A stretch of DNA of 64,000 bases, the filler included, from an uncultured bacterium (GTDB taxonomy: Bacteria > DAOPZR01), in NCBI GenBank assembly GCA_964637655.1. It is 11 parts of 11 records of this genome, joined end to end, with 100 filler letters (N's around TTAATTAATTAA, not from the genome) between each part and the next. Parts side by side here need not be neighbours in the genome. Positions count along the whole stretch, not along the records: positions 18,022 to 23,850 come from CAZWUZ010000240.1; positions 23,951 to 29,778 come from CAZWUZ010000241.1; 9 more parts are not named here. One strand, written 5' to 3'. Positions 18,867 through 29,254 of this stretch are shown piece after piece. The notes under the pieces are model-generated. The model made no database searches and was not told the origin of the DNA. It was given only the letters and a program-made list of their open reading frames with translations. How positions within the stretch are numbered: position 1 is the first letter of the stretch; each line of letters opens with the position of its first letter. Made by a program: the position numbers and the translations under genes.

Positions 18867-19142
18867 TCAGTGTTCCGCCTCCGCCTCGCGCAGCGCGGCC
18901 TCTGCCTCGCGTTCCGCCGCGTCAAGTTGCGCCAGGTCACGATCGTCTTCGGCGAACATCGCGTCGAGTTCCGCGTCGAGCGCAGCGCTGTCGGGTGCGG
19001 TTTCCGCCAGGGTGGCGATGGCGTCGGCGCCCTGCGCCGCACGCTGCGCGTTGCTGTCCGGACTGACGGCTGCCGGCGTCGTTTCCCCGCCGCAGCCCGC
19101 CAGCAGGATGAGGATGCTACACGTCAGCGTCAAATGCCGCAT
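18867..19142 (-). CDS. Small acidic lipoprotein
   Basis: LAGC lipobox after a hydrophobic leader. Confidence 0.75.
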   Translation of the reverse strand: MRHLTLTCSILILLAGCGGETTPAAVSPDSNAQRAAQGADAIATLAETAPDSAALDAELDAMFAEDDRDLAQLDAAEREAEAALREAEAEH

Positions 19143-19602
19143 ATTCGGCCTCGCAGTCGTTGAATGCCAGTTCCAGTTCGTCGAGTTCCTGCCACAGGGC
19201 GAGATCGTCGCCTGAGAAAAGGTCGCTGCCGGAAATGTCCGGTGCCGTCGGGGCCTGCGCCACCGGCACGGGCGGCCCGCCCGCCGGAGTCAGGACGTTG
19301 AAGAGCGCCAGGGCAAAGAGGAGCAGTGCGGCGGCGAGCAGCGGGCGGCGCACCAGGAACGGCAACTGCCGCGCGGAGCGCTGCGCCGGTGCGGCGGGCG
19401 CGGCGAGGCGCGACAGGACGCGTGCGCGCAGGTCGGGTGCGGGCACCGCCGCGGCCGGGTCGGCAAGCAGCCCGAGCGTGGCGCGCAGCGCCGCCAGTTC
19501 GCGCTGACACGCCGGGCAGGCGACGATATGCGCCGCCGCGTCCGCCGCGACGGGCTCGTTCAGCACGGTGGCGATCAGTGCATCCTGCTGCGGGCAGTTC
19601 AT
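19117..19602 (-). CDS. Zinc-binding (ZAS/zf-HC2) transmembrane anti-sigma factor
   Basis: HIVACPAC (HxxxCxxC), one TM helix, ATGA overlap with the sigma gene. Confidence 0.85.
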   Translation of the reverse strand: MNCPQQDALIATVLNEPVAADAAAHIVACPACQRELAALRATLGLLADPAAAVPAPDLRARVLSRLAAPAAPAQRSARQLPFLVRRPLLAAALLLFALALFNVLTPAGGPPVPVAQAPTAPDISGSDLFSGDDLALWQELDELELAFNDCEAEYAAFDADV

Positions 19603-20135
19603 AACGCTCCCTCCGCGAATTTCGCCAGCCGCTTGCGCAGATGCGCCACGGCCCGGAACAGATGCTGCTTGACGCTGCCGTCGCCGATGCCCGTGACCGC
19701 GGCGATATCGGCGATGCTCATCTCTTCGAACCGCTGCAACTGCAGGCACTCGCGCTGACGCGGCGAGAGTTCCGCCAGGGCGCCGCTGATGGCCGCCGCC
19801 AGCTCGCCCTGTTCGAGCGTGTCAGCCGCAGCCGGTGCGGCCACGTCCACTTCCGCGATATCGTCGTGCTCGCGGCGCTGCGCGCAATGCGTCAACGCCG
19901 TGTTGTACGCGATGCGGTAAAGCCAGGTGCCGAAGGCGGCATCACCGCGGAACGTTGCGAGTCCGCCAAGCGCCTTGACCAGCGCCTCCTGCGCGACATC
20001 CTCCGCGTCATGCGCGTTCCCCGTGATGCGGTACGCCAGGCGGAAGACGCGCTCCTGATAGCGCTCAACCAGCGCCCCCTGCGCGATTTGGTTCCCCTCT
20101 CGGGCAGCATCGATCAATGCCTGTTCGCTCTTCAT
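19599..20135 (-). CDS. ECF sigma-70 factor
   Basis: DAEDVAQEA, FGTWLYRIAYN, region 4 IADIA...GSVKQHLFRA. Confidence 0.93.
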   Translation of the reverse strand: MKSEQALIDAAREGNQIAQGALVERYQERVFRLAYRITGNAHDAEDVAQEALVKALGGLATFRGDAAFGTWLYRIAYNTALTHCAQRREHDDIAEVDVAAPAAADTLEQGELAAAISGALAELSPRQRECLQLQRFEEMSIADIAAVTGIGDGSVKQHLFRAVAHLRKRLAKFAEGAL

Positions 20136-20284
20136 TGCCGCCTGTCGTTTTGACGCGAAGTGCCGTCTTTGGTTGACACGTATTGTAACAGAAGTGCAGC
20201 ACGCGGGCAAATAAAGCACAACCTGCCAAAAATAAAGCGGATATATGTTTGACAGGCGGCGGACGGCGGGGGTATAGTCAGCGC

Positions 20285-21814
20285 ATGAGTGTACCCCCGT
20301 TTCTTGCCGTCCTGCTCTGTCCCGAAGCCACGGAAGCGCTGCTGGCCATGGCGCTGCCCCAGGAGCAGCATGACCTGTCGGTACAGGCCACCGGTGTCGT
20401 TGCCGGCATGCCTGCGGGCGGTCTGCTCTGGCAGGCGGATCTGCAGTTCAGTACTGCCGCTGGAAACTGGCAGGTATTTGCTTTTGTCCCGGAAAGCGTG
20501 GAGGCGCTGCTGGCCAATCTCAGCGGCCTGCACCGCGAGGGGAGCAGTACGGACGCCGCACCCGCGTTGCACGCGTTTTTCCGCGAACTGGTGCGGCGCA
20601 CGGTCAGGAACTGGAGCTGGGCGGGTGCAGGCGCGAAGGGCAAACTGCTGCGCGTGCGGCTGATCGACGCGGCAGCGCTGCCCGCGACGGCGGCACTGCG
20701 TCTTGACCTGACGGTGCGCGCGGGCGGATTGAACTTTCCCGGCATGTTGCTGCTGCTGTCGCCGGCAACCGCAGGGGGACTGCTCAACAGCGCGCTGCAA
20801 TTGTCGCTCAGCGACGCGAGTGACATCCTGCGCGCGGCGCAGGACCCGGGCGAACTGCTGCAGCGGTGCGAGGAGAACGCGGCCATCGATGTCTATGCCC
20901 TGCTCGACGCAATGCATACGGTCAACACTCTGCTGCAGGCGGGGCTGAGCGTCGAATCGCTCGGGCTGCTCTGGGCGGGCGGCAGCGCAGCGGAACAACA
21001 GCAGGTCATGCGTGCGCTGTCGCGGCGCAACCGGCAGGAACTGCAGCGCTGGCTGGCCCGGCACCGCGCGGGACTTGCCCGGCTCGGGACGGCAGCTGCG
21101 CGTACGGAGGCGCAGTTGAAGTGCCGGCCGCTGCTGGCGCGGCGCGGCTTTGCCCTGTGGTCAGGCGCGGACCGCTTTGCCGCCCTGCAGCGCACGTGGG
21201 AGGAGCAGACGGCGGCGGCGCTGCTGCTGGCAATGTCGCCCGACGTTTGGGCGGAACGTTTCTGTGCGGCGCGGGCGCAGGCGGGCAACGGTGTTGTGCC
21301 GCAGGGTGAACTGGTGCAGGCGCTGGCACTCTTCCCGCCACGCGTGCTCGACGCGGTCTTCGCGGAAATCAGCGACGAGGGGAGAGCGCGGCTGCAGGCC
21401 GACCGTGCGCATGCCGCGCGCGCGCGTGCGGCCGCACTGCGCGCCTGTCGCGCGGTGACGGAAACGGTGGCGTATACCCTGGCTGACGAATTGTTCCGGC
21501 AGCAGACGCTGCTGTCGCTGGAACGCTACCTGTCAGTGATGCACGATGCTGAGGCGCTGCAGGCGATGGCACGGCGGCCGCTGGCGGAACTGGCGGCGGC
21601 GCTGGCGGACTATCCGCCGGCGGTACGTGAACGGATAGCAGCGGCGCTGTCAGCGCGGCAGGGGGAAGCGCTGCGCGAAGAATACGCGCGGCTGCACCTC
21701 ATGCCGGCGCGGCAGCGGGCGCAGGCGCGCTGGCGTCTTACCGGGCATATCGAGGAACTGATCGGGACGGGTGAACTGCTGCTGGCGAAGCGGCGGCCGT
21801 GGTGGTGGCCCTGA
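20285..21814 (+). CDS. Hypothetical protein with FliG C-terminal-like domain(s)
   Basis: C-terminus LAAALADYPPAVRERIAAALSARQGEALREE...AQAR...IEELIGTGELLL aligns by eye with FliG_C. Upstream promoter TTGACA...TATAGT. Confidence 0.7.
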   Translation: MSVPPFLAVLLCPEATEALLAMALPQEQHDLSVQATGVVAGMPAGGLLWQADLQFSTAAGNWQVFAFVPESVEALLANLSGLHREGSSTDAAPALHAFFRELVRRTVRNWSWAGAGAKGKLLRVRLIDAAALPATAALRLDLTVRAGGLNFPGMLLLLSPATAGGLLNSALQLSLSDASDILRAAQDPGELLQRCEENAAIDVYALLDAMHTVNTLLQAGLSVESLGLLWAGGSAAEQQQVMRALSRRNRQELQRWLARHRAGLARLGTAAARTEAQLKCRPLLARRGFALWSGADRFAALQRTWEEQTAAALLLAMSPDVWAERFCAARAQAGNGVVPQGELVQALALFPPRVLDAVFAEISDEGRARLQADRAHAARARAAALRACRAVTETVAYTLADELFRQQTLLSLERYLSVMHDAEALQAMARRPLAELAAALADYPPAVRERIAAALSARQGEALREEYARLHLMPARQRAQARWRLTGHIEELIGTGELLLAKRRPWWWP

Positions 21815-23179
21815 TCAGACGAGCACGCGGTGGCGCCACGCCCCGCTGCGGAAGCGCAGCCAGAGGACGAGCATGAGAATGACGACGTAAACCCCGAGGC
21901 AGGCAAAGGCCCAGACGATGGAGTGCCCCAGCACGGCAATGACGGTATAGGTCAGCGGGACGAAGCAGCCCCAGGCGATGATGGCGCCGCAGGCCATGGG
22001 AAAGAGCGTGTCACCCGCCCCGCGCAGCGCCCCGGTGATGACGACGCTCGCCGCGTCGAACACATTGTAGAGCACGATGATGATAATGACCTGCCGCCCG
22101 AAGTCGAGCACCGCGGCGAACTGCGCCGGGTCGGTCTCCGGCCCGCGGAAGAGCCCGAGAATGGCGTCGGGGAAGGCGAGGAGCACCAGCGCCCCGCATG
22201 CCTGGTACAGCCAGCCGAGATGCAGGGCGCGGTAGGTGTAGCGGGCGGCGGCGGCGCGGCGGCGCGCCCCGAGGTTCTGTCCGACCAGCGTCGCAGTCGC
22301 GGTCCCCAGCCCGAGCATCGGCAGGAAGAGGAGCGAGTTGACCGTGAGCAGGATGTTCCCCGCCATCTGCTCCGTGGTGCCGTTCATTCCGAGCAGGAAG
22401 ACGAACACCGTGAACGAACTGAGATCGAGCACGTGCTGCAGCCCCGCGGGAAAGCCGTAGCGGAAGAGTTTCGCGGCGAGCACGCGGTCGAAACGCCACT
22501 GCGCGCGGGTGCCGAACTGCGCGGCGTAGTGCGGCAGCAGGAAGCGCCAGGCGTAGACGAGGGTGATGACAGCATTGGCGATGACGGTACCGAGGCCCGC
22601 GCCCGCGATACCGAGTTCAGGCAGCCCGAATTTCCCGAAAATGAGGCAGTAGTTGAGCGGGATGTTGATGAGGTTGGCGGCGAGGTAGCCGGCGAGCACG
22701 ATGCGCGTATGCCCCAGCCCGCTGAAGAACGACGAGACGGTGTTCTGCAGCAGCAGGAAGAGCGTGCCGAAACCGAGTACCAGGTAGTAGGACTGTTCGG
22801 CGGCGATGACCGGGGCGTCATGCCCGCTGTGCTGCAGCAGCATGAGGCCGAGCGGCAGCGTCAGCAGGAAGAGCGGATAGCTGCCGAGCGCCAGCCAGAT
22901 CCCCTGCCAGGCGCTGCGCCCGCACTGCTGCGGCTGCTGCGCTCCGTAGTACTGGGCGACGAGCGTTCCCGCGTAGCTGACGATGCCGATGAAGACCGCG
23001 GCGATGGTGTAATTGAGCAGACCCGCGGCGCCCGCGGCGGCGACACTGACATCGCTGTGCCACGACAGCATCAGGCGGTCGGTGAACTGCATCAGGGTAT
23101 AGGAGGCCGAGGTGAGCATCAGCGGCCAGGCGATGCGCATGATGTCGCGGTAGGAACGGAGCAGCGGGTACGGGCGCAT
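21815..23179 (-). CDS. MATE-family efflux transporter
   Basis: IAWPLML..FTDRLML, NIPLNYCLIFGKFGLPELGIAGAG, LVGQNLGA, GALRGAGDT. Confidence 0.95.
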   Translation of the reverse strand: MRPYPLLRSYRDIMRIAWPLMLTSASYTLMQFTDRLMLSWHSDVSVAAAGAAGLLNYTIAAVFIGIVSYAGTLVAQYYGAQQPQQCGRSAWQGIWLALGSYPLFLLTLPLGLMLLQHSGHDAPVIAAEQSYYLVLGFGTLFLLLQNTVSSFFSGLGHTRIVLAGYLAANLINIPLNYCLIFGKFGLPELGIAGAGLGTVIANAVITLVYAWRFLLPHYAAQFGTRAQWRFDRVLAAKLFRYGFPAGLQHVLDLSSFTVFVFLLGMNGTTEQMAGNILLTVNSLLFLPMLGLGTATATLVGQNLGARRRAAAARYTYRALHLGWLYQACGALVLLAFPDAILGLFRGPETDPAQFAAVLDFGRQVIIIIVLYNVFDAASVVITGALRGAGDTLFPMACGAIIAWGCFVPLTYTVIAVLGHSIVWAFACLGVYVVILMLVLWLRFRSGAWRHRVLV

Positions 23180-23296
23180 GGACGTCGTTATAGCATACCG
23201 CGACGCTTGACGGGCAGGCAGGCGTCTGTCATGCTCTCGTGCGAGTACACCGCCGTAGGCGGCGCCATCAGGTGCAGGCAGGGGAAAGGGAACACT

Positions 23297-23749
23297 ATGC
23301 GATTCGGTTCACTGGCAGTGACGGTAGTGGCGGCAGCGACGCTCATGCTGCTGCTGGCATGCGGCGGCGGCAGCAGCAACCAGGCGGCGGCGCCCGCCGC
23401 GCCGGCGGTACCGCAGGGCCCGCTGACGGTTTCGGTGTCATGGACGGAAGCGGCGGATGTCGACCTGATTGTCGACGGCAACAAGGCGTATGACATGGGC
23501 GGGACGCCGGATGTGCGGCAGGGACCGGGGATGGAGTCGGTGGTCCTGCAGCCGGGCGTGCACAAAATCGGGGTGCGCAATAATTCGGCCGACAAGGACG
23601 TGCAGTTGACGCTGAAACTGACGATTCCCGGGATGCCGGAAGTGACGCGGTCGGGGATGGTCAGCAAGGACATGAGCCGTGACGACTGGACGGCATTTTC
23701 AGTCGATTGCGCGACGGGCGTGGTGACGGACCTCAACCTGTACGAATAA
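23297..23749 (+). CDS. Lipoprotein (YfaP/DUF2135-like beta domain)
   Basis: LLAC lipobox; LTVSVSWTEAADVDLIV and GPGMES motifs. Confidence 0.75.
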   Translation: MRFGSLAVTVVAAATLMLLLACGGGSSNQAAAPAAPAVPQGPLTVSVSWTEAADVDLIVDGNKAYDMGGTPDVRQGPGMESVVLQPGVHKIGVRNNSADKDVQLTLKLTIPGMPEVTRSGMVSKDMSRDDWTAFSVDCATGVVTDLNLYE

Positions 23750-23783
23750 CTGCAGCGGCAGCTGTTCAGCCGATTGCCGCTGT

Positions 23784-23850
23784 TCCCTCTCCCCCCGGGA
23801 GAGGGTGTTTGCCTTCCCCCTCTGCGAGGGGGAAGGTTGGATGAGGGTGA
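23784..23850. repeat. Composite REP-like palindrome at contig end
   Basis: CCCTCTCCC..GGGAGAGGG plus GCCTTCCCCCTC..GAGGGGGAAGG.TGGATGAGGG. Confidence 0.85.
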
Positions 23851-23950
23851 NNNNNNNNNNNNNNNNNNNNNNNNNNNNNNNNNNNNNNNNNNNNTTAATT
23901 AATTAANNNNNNNNNNNNNNNNNNNNNNNNNNNNNNNNNNNNNNNNNNNN

Positions 23951-26430
23951 AGCACAAGGTCACCACTTCGCTCGGCAGCAAGCGCAAGGGGATGACGCAG
24001 AATGACGTGCGCAACCTCTGCCGCGAATACGCCCTGAAGTACGTCGGCATCCAGCGCGAAGAGTTCGAGCGCCTCGGGGTGCTGGGCGACTGGGACCATC
24101 CCTACCTGACCCTCAAGCCGACCTACACCGCCACCATCCTCGACACGCTGTCGCGCATGGTCAAGGCCGGGTATGTCTACCGCGGGCTCAAGCCGGTGCA
24201 CTGGTGCGCCTCATGCGTCACCGCGCTCGCTGATGCCGAAGTCGAGTACGAGGACCACGCCTCGCCCGCCATTTTCGTGAAGTTCCCCGTCGCTGACGCC
24301 GGCAGTTCGGGCGTACCCGCGGACGCGGCGCTGGTCATCTGGACGACCACGCCCTGGACGCTCCCGGCCAACCTCGCCATTGCCGTCGACCCCGCGCAGG
24401 ACTACTGCGTCGTCTCCTCGTCCTGCGGGAAACTCGTCGTGGCCGCACCGCTGCGTGCGGGCATGGCGCAGACGCTCGGCAGCGAACTGCCGGTGCTGGC
24501 CACGGTGAAGGGCGAGGCGCTGACCGCCCTCCGTGCGCAGCACCCGTTCCTCGAACGCACGGTCCCCGTCCTCCCCGGCGATTTCGTCGCCATGGACACG
24601 GGTTCGGGCATGGTGCATATCGCCCCCGGTCACGGTGCTGACGACTACCGGCTCGGCACCGCGCACGGCCTGCCGCCGTATTCGCCGGTGAATGATTATG
24701 GAAAATTCACCGACGAGTTTCCGCTCATGGCGGGGCGCCACGTCTTCCAGTGCAACGACGACATCATCGCCCTGCTCAAAGAAAAAGGGCACCTGCTCAA
24801 TGCCGCGTCCATGCAGCACCAGTATCCCTGCTGCTGGCGCTGCCACAAGCCGATCATCTTCCGCAGCACCCCGCAGTGGTTTGTCAGCATGGCACACAAC
24901 GACCTGCGCGGTAAAGCGCTGGCCGCCATCAAACAGACGCAGTGGATCCCCGCATGGGGTGAGAACCGCATCACCGGCATGGTCGAGCAGCGCCCCGACT
25001 GGTGCCTGTCGCGCCAGCGCGCCTGGGGCGTCCCCATCCCGTCGCTCACCTGCGCCACGTGCGGTGAGGTATCGCTCCTCCCCGCCGTCATCGACGCGCT
25101 CGCTGCGCGCGCCCGCGACGGCAAAATCGACGACTGGTTTGCCGAAGGCGAGGTCGACGGGCTCATCCCTGCCGGTACCGCCTGCCCGAAATGCGGACAT
25201 CAGCAGTTCGCACGCAACCGCGACATCCTCGACGTCTGGTTCGATTCGGGTTCCTCGTCACGCGCCGTGCTGGTGGAAGACCACAACCTCCCCTGGCCGG
25301 CCGACCTCTACCTCGAGGGCTCCGACCAGCATCGCGGCTGGTTCCAGTTGTCGCTGCTGCCGATGCTCGCCGCGCATGGCAGTGCCCCGTTCAAGGCGGT
25401 GCTCACCCACGGGTTCACCGTCGACGAGAAGGGCCTGAAGATGTCCAAGTCGCAGGGGAATGTCGTCGTCCCGCAGGAGGTCATGGGGAAGTACGGGGCT
25501 GACATCCTCCGTTTGTGGGTTGCCTCCTCCGACTACCGCGAGGATGTCAGGTGTTCTGACAGCATGATCAACGCGCTCGGGCAGTCCTACCGCCTCGTGC
25601 GCAACACCGTGCGCTACTGCCTCGGGGCGCTGCGCGGCTTCGACCCGCGCCGCGACACGATTCCCTACGCCGATCTCCCCGAAGTCGACCGCTGGGTGCT
25701 GGCGCAGACCGCGGAATTCACCCGCCGCTGCCGCACTGCCTACGACGAGTACACCTTCCACCAGGTGGTGACGAACCTCACCCAGTTCTGCTCGGTGACC
25801 CTCTCCTCCTTCTACCTCAATCTGCTCAAGGACCGTCTCTACTGCGACGGGACCGCCTGGGCGTCGCGGCGCAGCGCGCAGACCGCGCTCTACGAAGTGC
25901 TGCGCGCCGTCACCCTCGCCATGGCACCCATACTCTCCTATACCGCCGACGAGATCTGGCGCGAGCCGTTCGCCGACACGGACTTTTCGCTCGCCGCCAC
26001 CGCGCCGGGCGTCTTTGTCGCCGACTGGCAGGAGGCGCCCGCCGCATGGCGGCAGGACGAACTTGTCGCCCGCTGGGACCGCGTCATCGCCTCCTACAGC
26101 GCGGTGATGAAGGCGCTCGAACTGCGCCGCGCCGACAAGTTCATCGGCTCCGGGCTCGAGGCGTCCGTCACCGTCTGCTGCCGCGAGACCGCCGACCGCG
26201 ACGCGCTTACCGCCATCAGCGACCTTGCCGCCGTCTACGTCGTCTCCGCCGCCGCGCTCGCGGAGAGCGACGCGGGCGAATGGACCGCGGATGACGGGCG
26301 CTTTGCCGTGCGCGTGGAAAAGGCCCCGGGGAGCAAGTGCGGCAGGTGCTGGCGCTATGTCACCGACGGCACCCCTGATGCCGACGGCGTCACGCTCTGT
26401 CCGCGCTGTGCGCAGGCGGTTGCCGGATGA
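23951..26430 (+). CDS. ileS: Isoleucyl-tRNA synthetase, 5' truncated
   Basis: IWTTTPWTLPAN, DWCLSRQRAWG, EGSDQHRGWF, KMSKS, C-terminal CGRCW..CPRC zinc site. Confidence 0.98.
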
Positions 26431-27005
26431 CCCGCCTCCGCGCGCTGCTGCTGCAGCCGTCGCTGCATCATGCGCTCATCGTCTTCCTCGTCTTCTTCGA
26501 CCAGGCGACCAAGTGGCTGGTGACGGTGGAGATGCGCGAGTTCGAATCCATCCCGCTGCTCGGCGACCTCCTGCGCCTCACCTATATCCATAACACGGGG
26601 GCCGCCTTCGGCATCCTCATGCAGCAGCGCCTGCTGCTGATTACCGTCACCGTCATCGCGGTCGCGGTGATGCTCTGGTACCGCCGCTCGCTCCCTGCGG
26701 CTGACGTCTGGCCGCGCTTCGGGCTCACGCTCATCATCGGGGGCGCCATCGGCAACTTCATCGACCGCCTGCGCCTCGGCAAGGTCATCGATTTTCTCGA
26801 TGTCGACATTCCCGACCTGACGGTCGGCCCGTTTGACTTCTTCAACACCACGTTCCACTGGCAGATCGCCCGCTGGCCCGCGTTCAACGTCGCGGACAGC
26901 GCCATCACCGTCGGGCTCTGTTTCCTCGTCTGGCATCTGTGGCAGGCCGACACGAAGCAGGCCGCAGCCACCGCGCCTGAGAGCGCCCCCCCGGAGGTTT
27001 CCTGA
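26427..27005 (+). CDS. lspA: Signal peptidase II
   Basis: DQATK, NTGAAFG, GGAIGNFIDR, VIDF, FNVADSAI; follows ileS. Confidence 0.96.
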   Translation: MTRLRALLLQPSLHHALIVFLVFFDQATKWLVTVEMREFESIPLLGDLLRLTYIHNTGAAFGILMQQRLLLITVTVIAVAVMLWYRRSLPAADVWPRFGLTLIIGGAIGNFIDRLRLGKVIDFLDVDIPDLTVGPFDFFNTTFHWQIARWPAFNVADSAITVGLCFLVWHLWQADTKQAAATAPESAPPEVS

Positions 27006-27826
27006 TGCATCCCGTCCTGCTCAAACTCGGTACCATCCCGGTGTTCGGCGGCATTCCGCTGACCATCCACACCTATGGCACGCTCATGGCCATCGGCTTT
27101 CTGCTCGCCATGTGGTATGCTGCGCGCGCCGCGCAGCGCCGCAACCTCGGTGGTGAGTGGGTCTATGACCTCGGCATCTGGATCCTCGTCGCTGCGGTGG
27201 TCGGCGCCCGCGCCGCCTACGTGCTCTTCGAGGAGTTCGACTATTATCTCGCCAATCCCCTGCAGGTCTTCTCGCTCAGCCAGGGTGGCCTGGTCTTCTA
27301 TGGCGGGTTCATCGCCTCGTCGCTCACCGTGATCGTCTACGCATGGCGCAAAAAGCTGCGCCTCTGGCTGCTCGCCGACATTCTCATCCCGTCGCTGGCG
27401 GTCGGCCATGCGCTCGGGCGGCTTGGCTGTCTCGCCTTCGGCTGCTGCTACGGTGTGCCGTGGGAGCCGGGCGTCTGCTTCCCTCCCGGCTCGCCCGCCT
27501 ACGTCGACCATGCGCAGCACGGGCTGCTCGCCCCGGGCGCGGCGCACTCGCTCTCCGTCTTTCCCACGCAACTCGTCGAGGCGGGGCTCAACCTGCTGAT
27601 TTTCGCCATCCTGCTCCGCTGCTCGCGCCGTGTCCGCTACGAGGGCTGGCTTTTCGTTCTCTACCTGTTCCTCTACGCCCCCGTGCGCTTCGCGCTCGAG
27701 TTCTTCCGCGCTGACTGGCGGGGCGAGTACCTGCTGTCGCTCTCTGTCAGCCAGTGGATCAGCATCGCGCTGCTCGGCATCGGCACCGCGCTGCACTTTT
27801 ATCTGCGCCGCCGGCCCGCTGCTTGA
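27005..27826 (+). CDS. lgt: Prolipoprotein diacylglyceryl transferase
   Basis: TYG, GAR, GGLVFYGG, GRLGC..GCCYG, PTQL.E, RFALEFFR. Confidence 0.95.
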   Translation: MHPVLLKLGTIPVFGGIPLTIHTYGTLMAIGFLLAMWYAARAAQRRNLGGEWVYDLGIWILVAAVVGARAAYVLFEEFDYYLANPLQVFSLSQGGLVFYGGFIASSLTVIVYAWRKKLRLWLLADILIPSLAVGHALGRLGCLAFGCCYGVPWEPGVCFPPGSPAYVDHAQHGLLAPGAAHSLSVFPTQLVEAGLNLLIFAILLRCSRRVRYEGWLFVLYLFLYAPVRFALEFFRADWRGEYLLSLSVSQWISIALLGIGTALHFYLRRRPAA

Positions 27827-27902
27827 CAGGTTGACCGGGGAGTAGTATAAGCGGCGCCGACGGCACGGTATGCTCACCGGCCGCCTGCCCGGGGAACCAT
27901 CC

Positions 27903-29186
27903 ATGCTGTCCCTCCTGATCGTCATCTTCGTCGTCACCTACGCGGCCATTGCCCTCGAACATCCGCTCAGGGTCAACAAGTCCGCCTCGGCGCTGATCGG
28001 CGCCGGGTTGCTCTGGACCGTCTACAGTGTCAGCACCGGCGACCATGCGCTCGTCAGCCACAACCTGAGCGAATCCCTCGCTGCCACCGCGCAGATCGTC
28101 TTTTTTCTCATGGGCGCGATGACCATCGTCGAGGTGGTCGACGCGCACAACGGGTTCGCGGTCATTACCTCGCGCATCCGCACCACGAAACTGAGCGCGC
28201 TGCTGTGGTTGGTCGGGTTCGTCACCTTCTGCCTCTCCGCCATCCTCGACAATCTCACCACCACCATCGTCATGATCTCGCTGATGAAAAAGCTGCTCGG
28301 CAGCCGCGACGACCGTCTCCTTTTCGCCGGCATGATCGTCATCGCCGCCAATGCCGGGGGCGCGTGGACCCCCATCGGCGACGTCACCACCACCATGCTC
28401 TGGATCGGCGGACAGATCACCACCCTGGCCATCATCAAGGGGGTTTTCCTCCCCTCACTCGTCAACCTGCTGATTCCGCTGGCCGCCTGCAGTTATTCCC
28501 TGCGCGGCCGGGCGGTCGTGCCGCCCGCCACGGTCGAACGCCGCGCCACGCTACGCACCTCCTCGTTCGAACAGCAGCTGATGTTCTGCCTGGGCATCGG
28601 CGTGCTGGTGGCCGTCCCCGTCTTCAAGGCGGTCACGCATCTTCCCCCGTTCATGGGCATTCTCTTCGGTCTCGGTCTGCTCTGGCTGGTCGGTGAGCTC
28701 GTCCACCGCGGCAAGGCGCATGCAGACCGCGAACCGCTCACCCTCGTGCACGCGCTCACCCGCATCGATTTGAGTTCCATCGTCTTTTTCGTCGGCATCC
28801 TTCTCGCCGTCGCCACGCTCGAACACACGCACATCCTCGCCGCGCTGGCGCACTGGCTCACGATCGCCATCGGCCGGCTCGACTGCATCGTCATCGCCAT
28901 CGGCCTGGTCAGCGCCATCGTCGACAACGTGCCGCTGGTGGCCGCCGCCATGGGCATGTACGACCTGGCCACCCACGCACCCGACAGTTTCCTGTGGGAA
29001 TTCCTCGCCTACTGTGCGGGCACCGGCGGTTCCATCCTCATCATCGGTTCCGCCGCGGGCGTCGCTGCCATGGGTCTCGAGAAGATTGATTTCTTCTGGT
29101 ACGTGCGTAAAATCAGCGGCTACGCCCTGCTTGGCTACGCTGCCGGCGCCGCCGTCTACATCGCCCTGTCGCGCCTGCTGCACTGA
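27903..29186 (+). CDS. nhaD: NhaD-family Na+/H+ antiporter, copy 1
   Basis: EHPLRVNKSASAL, LSAILDNLTT, AANAGGAWTPIGDVTT, DNVPLVAA, GTGGSILIIGSAAG. Confidence 0.93.
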   Translation: MLSLLIVIFVVTYAAIALEHPLRVNKSASALIGAGLLWTVYSVSTGDHALVSHNLSESLAATAQIVFFLMGAMTIVEVVDAHNGFAVITSRIRTTKLSALLWLVGFVTFCLSAILDNLTTTIVMISLMKKLLGSRDDRLLFAGMIVIAANAGGAWTPIGDVTTTMLWIGGQITTLAIIKGVFLPSLVNLLIPLAACSYSLRGRAVVPPATVERRATLRTSSFEQQLMFCLGIGVLVAVPVFKAVTHLPPFMGILFGLGLLWLVGELVHRGKAHADREPLTLVHALTRIDLSSIVFFVGILLAVATLEHTHILAALAHWLTIAIGRLDCIVIAIGLVSAIVDNVPLVAAAMGMYDLATHAPDSFLWEFLAYCAGTGGSILIIGSAAGVAAMGLEKIDFFWYVRKISGYALLGYAAGAAVYIALSRLLH

Positions 29187-29254
29187 TCACCGTTTGACAC
29201 CCGCGCCGACGGGGTGTATACAGTAACCGATACCGTTTGGCAAGGGGTTGTCCG

